Source of the DNA: an uncultured Acidobacteriota bacterium
GTDB taxonomy: Bacteria; Acidobacteriota; Thermoanaerobaculia; UBA5066
Assembly (NCBI GenBank): GCA_963779415.1
Contig: CAVZYA010000003.1
Span: 128,001-192,000, forward strand
DNA length: 64,000 nucleotides
Direction of reading: 5' to 3'
Both the position numbers and the translations under genes were made by a program. Positions within the stretch are counted from its first letter, which is position 1. Every line of letters starts with the position of its first letter. The notes under the pieces were generated by a model. It was not told the origin of the DNA. It saw only the letters and a program-made list of their open reading frames with translations, and did no database searches. Below, piece after piece: positions 59,636 through 64,000 of the stretch.

Positions 59636-62449
59636 CTAAAACGCGTAGCCGACGCTGAAGTTGAAGACGCCGAGCGTCTCGAACGGCTTCTTGTCGAGCT
59701 TCATGCCGTAGTCGATCCGGACGGGGCCGACCGGCGTCATGTAATAGAGCCCGACCCCGGCGCCAGGACGGATCTCGCCGAGATTCACCTTTCGCCAGTC
59801 GTCCCAGGTGTTTCCGTCGTCGAAGAAGAAGGCGGCTCCGAGGCCCCCGGTCAGCCGCTGTCGCCATTCCACGTTAAAGAGGAGAAGGCCGTTGCCGCCG
59901 TAGCCGACGAGATCCGTGTTCACGGTCTGGCCGATGATTCCGAGGGCATCCTGGCCGAAGGCGCGGTGCGACGTCCGTCCGCCGGCGAAGAGCCGCTCGG
60001 GGATCGGCACCATCAGGTTCGGCTTGCAGTCCGGGTTCGGTCCGATGATGTCGCAGGGGCCGAATGGCTGGATGGCGCCGTAGCGGACGGCGACCACGAG
60101 GACGGAGTCGGGAGAAAAGGAGTGGTAGCCGGACGCGAGAAGAGAGCCGCGAATGAAATGTGCCGTCGCGGCGAGGAGGGGAAAGGCGTACTTCATCTCG
60201 CCGCTGACGAGGAATCCCTTCGTCGGCGAGACCGGATCGTCTCGCGTGTCCCAGGAGAGGGCCGGCCCGACGGAGGCGATCAGGTTCTTCTGGTTCGGCA
60301 GCTGGTCGGGGCCGAGGCCGGGATCTTGCGACGGGATGACGATCTCGTACTGGAGGCGAAGGAGCGCCCGGACGGTTCGGCTCACTTTCTTCGACGTGTC
60401 GAAGTAGACGCCGCCCCTCTTGACGGAATAGCCCGTCTGGTAGTCCTGGCCCGCGAAGACCGAGACCGAGAGGGGATACCCGCTGTCCAGAAGGGAGGGC
60501 TCCCGATAGAAGAGTCGGAAGCGGTTCTGCCGGCGCGAGACGAGGAGGTCGCTGCCGGCCGCGATCGCGCGGCCGAACAGATTGTTGTACGTGGCTCCGA
60601 GCGAAACGCGGGGGGAGAACTTCGGCTCGGACGCCGAGGAGTAGTCGGCGCCGAAGCCGTAGAGGAGGCTCCACGGCTTTCCCTCGGTCACAGCGAGGAC
60701 GACCGGCCGCTCGGCGGTGTCGGGGTCGGCGGGGAGCACCTGCACGTCGGCCCGCGAGAAGACCCCGAGGGAGGCGAGCTTCCGCTGCATCTCGAGCGCC
60801 CGCGTCAGGCTGAAAGGCTGGCCTTCCAGGCTCCCGATCTCGCGCTCGATGACGGAGAGCTTCGTCTTCCGGTACCCGCGGACGATGGTCTTCCCGAAGG
60901 TGACGGGCTCTCCCTCGAAGATCGTGAATGTGACGTCTACGTCCGTCGACGACGAATCCGCACCCGGGCGGGGCTTCGCGGTCGCGTCGACACGGGCGTC
61001 GGGAAACCCCTTTTCCTGGTAGCGACCGCCGAGCGTCGCCACGTCGGCGTTCAGTCCCTCGTCCGTGAACGGGCGCCCCGTCTCCGTCACGAGGCCCACC
61101 CGGAGCTCCGCGTCCGTGAGGCGCGAATTCCCGGTGAAAGAGCGCGACGCGACGGTATAGCGGCTCCCGTCCGTGAGGCGGAAGTCGACGTCGAGCGTGA
61201 ACGGGCGGCGGCCGGGAGTGACGAGAGGTGGCGGGACCTTCGCATCGCGGAAGCCCTTCGCCTGGTAGAGGGAGAGGATCGCTCCGGAGTCCGCAACGAG
61301 ATCCCCCTCCACGAGCCGGCCCAGCGTGAAGAGGCCCGGTTTCGAGGTCGAAACGACGGAGCGGGCGGCGCGCGAGGAGATCTCCTTCGTCCCTTCGACC
61401 ACGACCTTTCCGACGACGTACCGGTCCCCTTTCGTCACGGCGAAAGTGATGACCTCCTCGTCCGGGGCCGTCACGTGCGAGACCTCCACCGCCGCCTTCG
61501 CGTACCCTTTCTGCTGATATTTCTGGACGAGACGGCCACGAAATCTCTCCACCGTCTCCTCGTCCGGAGGGTCGAGCCGGGCCCAGGGGGAGTCGCGGTT
61601 CTTTCTCACGTCCGATTCCGGCGCCCCGGTCACGCGAAGAACGATCCGGGGCCCGACGAAGACGTGGTAGCGGGGAGTCGCGCGCTTCGCGGACGGGTCG
61701 TAGGTCACTCCTTCCCAACGGACCTCGGCGCGCCCGTACCCCTTCTCGCGGAGATACTTCTCGAATCGCTCGGCGTCCGAGCGCGCGCGCGCCTCCCGGT
61801 AGGCTTTCCCGCTCTTCTGCCGGGCTTCCTTGGCGAGCGGCTCCTCCTTGACCGGGCCGAGACTTCCGTCCCACTCCGGCCGGCCGGCGACCGCCTCCGG
61901 CCCCTTTTCGACCTGGATGACGACATCGACCGTGTTCGCCCCGGGGTCGCCCCAGGCAGAGACGTCGACCCGGGGCTCGAAGTAGCCCCGGGCACGGAGA
62001 TGCTCCCGGACGATTCCCTCGAGAGGGTCGAGGGCATCGGGCGCCCAGAGGTCGCCGGCCTGAAGAGCGAGCGAATCCCGGAGCTTCCCTTTCTCCGGAA
62101 TCCCCTTTCCCTCGAGTCTGAACGACGCGATCCGGGGAACCGCCGCGAACCGGATGACGACCTCCAGGCCTCCCGGGCCGGGCGAGGCCTCCACGCAGAG
62201 GTCGAGGAACCGACGCGTCGCGAAGAGGTTGCGGATAGACCGCCGGATCGCCCCCTCGCTGAGGGTCCGGCCGGGCGAAAGCTCGGTCAGACGGGACCAG
62301 CTCTTCGTCTCCGGAGCGGCATCCCCTTCGAACCTGAGGGTCGCGATCCGCCCGTCCATCAAGCCGGCCGGAGGCGCCGTGGCCGCGGACGGAGGGCCGA
62401 CCGCGAGAACGAGGGCGAGCGCCGCGAGGAAAGCGACGACTCGCCTCAC
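59636..62449 (-). CDS. Omp85-family outer membrane protein (BamA/TamA) with multiple POTRA domains
   Basis: Signal peptide, POTRA repeats (YQQKGY, YQAKGF, YQEKGF), RLFAGG...RAF, TPVGPVRIDYG, C-terminal F. Confidence 0.92.
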   Translation of the reverse strand: MRRVVAFLAALALVLAVGPPSAATAPPAGLMDGRIATLRFEGDAAPETKSWSRLTELSPGRTLSEGAIRRSIRNLFATRRFLDLCVEASPGPGGLEVVIRFAAVPRIASFRLEGKGIPEKGKLRDSLALQAGDLWAPDALDPLEGIVREHLRARGYFEPRVDVSAWGDPGANTVDVVIQVEKGPEAVAGRPEWDGSLGPVKEEPLAKEARQKSGKAYREARARSDAERFEKYLREKGYGRAEVRWEGVTYDPSAKRATPRYHVFVGPRIVLRVTGAPESDVRKNRDSPWARLDPPDEETVERFRGRLVQKYQQKGYAKAAVEVSHVTAPDEEVITFAVTKGDRYVVGKVVVEGTKEISSRAARSVVSTSKPGLFTLGRLVEGDLVADSGAILSLYQAKGFRDAKVPPPLVTPGRRPFTLDVDFRLTDGSRYTVASRSFTGNSRLTDAELRVGLVTETGRPFTDEGLNADVATLGGRYQEKGFPDARVDATAKPRPGADSSSTDVDVTFTIFEGEPVTFGKTIVRGYRKTKLSVIEREIGSLEGQPFSLTRALEMQRKLASLGVFSRADVQVLPADPDTAERPVVLAVTEGKPWSLLYGFGADYSSASEPKFSPRVSLGATYNNLFGRAIAAGSDLLVSRRQNRFRLFYREPSLLDSGYPLSVSVFAGQDYQTGYSVKRGGVYFDTSKKVSRTVRALLRLQYEIVIPSQDPGLGPDQLPNQKNLIASVGPALSWDTRDDPVSPTKGFLVSGEMKYAFPLLAATAHFIRGSLLASGYHSFSPDSVLVVAVRYGAIQPFGPCDIIGPNPDCKPNLMVPIPERLFAGGRTSHRAFGQDALGIIGQTVNTDLVGYGGNGLLLFNVEWRQRLTGGLGAAFFFDDGNTWDDWRKVNLGEIRPGAGVGLYYMTPVGPVRIDYGMKLDKKPFETLGVFNFSVGYAF

Positions 62450-64000
62450 CGGAGCTGCTTCCGGAAAACGATCTCGAGCGAATAGACCCCGTATTCGTCC
62501 TGCATGGCCTGGATGAAGGCCGTCGGGGAGATCTGGTACTCGAGGGAGATGACCTGCTGCTGCGCGTTCGACGCCGACCCGAACTGGTAGGCGATCGTCG
62601 CGGTGAAGTTCTTTCCGAAGGACTTGCCGATCGTCACGCGCGGCCCCGTGAACGACGTCCCCTGGAAATTCGGGTCGATCTGGAGCCGGTCGAGCCGGAA
62701 GAATTCCTTCCCCCGGCTCGTGATCGCTTCCGTGGCGAGCCCCGTCAGGAGGTCGCGCGCCGCCTGCGACACCGACGCGTCGGAGGAGGTCGTGCTTCCG
62801 ACCGGTGACCCCGACGTCGCGGTCGCCGGGAGAGTTCCCGAGGCGAGCAGGGAGACGATCTGCGCCTCGGTGAGCGGCGGGTCGGACGTGAACTTCGCCG
62901 AGAGGCGCGTCGGCGTCCCCGTCACGACGACACGCACCTCGTAATCCCCCTGGCTCGTCCGGACCAGTGTCCGCGCGTCCACGTCGAAGAAGGGCTCGAT
63001 CCGGGAGGGGTTCGAGAAGATGATCTTGCCCGACGATAGGTCGTAATCCTGGTCGCGGAGGCGCAGCCTCCCCCCCTCTTCCGCTTCGACCTGCCCGTAG
63101 AGAACCGGCCTTCCGAGGTTCCCTCGCAGGAGGAGGTCACCGCCGAGCTTCAGGCGGGCGACGTTGTTCCGGAGCTCGACCGACGACTTGGGGATCTGAA
63201 TCCGGATGTCGAGCGCCACGGCGTCGAACGGGCCGGCTACCGGGGCCTTGCCTCGCCGGCCGGAAAGCAAGGACGTGAGGTCGAGGCTCAGGTCGGCGTC
63301 GTAGAGCGCGCGCTCGACGACGATCTCGCCGCGGGCCGTCCGGGGCACGGCGTCGCCTTCGATCCGGAGGTCCCCCGAGATCGTCGCTTTGAAGCCCGTC
63401 GTCGGCTGAAAGCGAAGCGAGCCGAGATGGGTGGTGGCCCGGAGATTCGTCAGATGAAAGCCGTCGAGGACGGCGGTCGCCGAGAGATTCACCGTCCCTC
63501 CGGAATAGCGCATCGTGATGTCGCGCGCCGTCAACCGGTCGCCCGCGACGGAGAACGAGCCCGTGATCCCCTCGAAGGCGGTGCCGGTCGCCGGGCGATA
63601 GTCGACGCTCTCCATCACGATCCGCCCCGTCGGCTCCGGACGATCCGGGGTTCCGCCGAGCTTTCCCTCCACAAGAAGCCTTCCAGCCACCGCCGCGGGG
63701 GCGAGGAAGGGCGAAAAGAGAGACGTGTCGAGATTCGCGGTGAGAAGGAGGTCGAGCGCGTAAGGCGCGGAGAGCCCGACGGAGCCCGCGAGCGAGACGG
63801 TGGAAGGGATCACCGGAGTCGCACCGCCCGGACCTCCGATCTCCGAGGCCTCGGCCCGCTCGAGAACGAAGCGCCCTTCTTCGACGCGGAACGAAACGGG
63901 CCGCACGATCGAGAACGAGTGGTCGTAGAGACGCGCCGTGAAGGCCGAGAGCGTCCCGTCCCCGGCCCACGGGGCGTTCTCGGACGGGGAGCGGACCGTG
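62446..64000 (-). CDS. tamB: Translocation and assembly module TamB, C-terminal part (5' end outside the window)
   Basis: Beta-taco repeats and DUF490-like end (P.LYG, FTSDPPLTEAQIVSLLASG, RVTIGK, LEYQI); GTGA overlap with the Omp85 gene. Confidence 0.85.
   Translation of the reverse strand, partial: TVRSPSENAPWAGDGTLSAFTARLYDHSFSIVRPVSFRVEEGRFVLERAEASEIGGPGGATPVIPSTVSLAGSVGLSAPYALDLLLTANLDTSLFSPFLAPAAVAGRLLVEGKLGGTPDRPEPTGRIVMESVDYRPATGTAFEGITGSFSVAGDRLTARDITMRYSGGTVNLSATAVLDGFHLTNLRATTHLGSLRFQPTTGFKATISGDLRIEGDAVPRTARGEIVVERALYDADLSLDLTSLLSGRRGKAPVAGPFDAVALDIRIQIPKSSVELRNNVARLKLGGDLLLRGNLGRPVLYGQVEAEEGGRLRLRDQDYDLSSGKIIFSNPSRIEPFFDVDARTLVRTSQGDYEVRVVVTGTPTRLSAKFTSDPPLTEAQIVSLLASGTLPATATSGSPVGSTTSSDASVSQAARDLLTGLATEAITSRGKEFFRLDRLQIDPNFQGTSFTGPRVTIGKSFGKNFTATIAYQFGSASNAQQQVISLEYQISPTAFIQAMQDEYGVYSLEIVFRKQLR

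Overview
GC-rich bacterial chromosomal window, most likely Acidobacteriota (Thermoanaerobaculia-like; inferred from gene order and protein families, not verified). It carries many single-base indels, even in essential genes (tsf, rpsB), which points to an unpolished long-read assembly rather than pseudogenes. From the left: a housekeeping block (tRNA-Thr/Tyr/Thr, rlmB, ispF, ispD, frr, pyrH, tsf, rpsB, rpsI, rplM), then folD-coaE, rdgB, an FHA-GAF-adenylate cyclase, arcA, a purB-rlpA operon, ddl, and serA with a class V aminotransferase. A cell-surface region follows: a large beta-propeller surface protein, a NamZ-MobB fusion ORF, and a ~5.2 kb collagen-like (Gly-X-Thr) gene with six near-identical Trp/Tyr modules, next to wecB, a GT2 and a tandem GT-C protein. 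Further right are molybdenum cofactor genes split by a GMC/ThDP cassette, ribBA, two small TA-like cassettes whose toxin/enzyme genes look internally deleted, and tamB-bamA. Best leads: a candidate glycosylated collagen surface-fibre system, a domain pair shared by both large surface proteins, a recurring leaderless promoter layout, the NamZ-MobB fusion, and a 58-aa Zn-ribbon gene missed by the ORF track.
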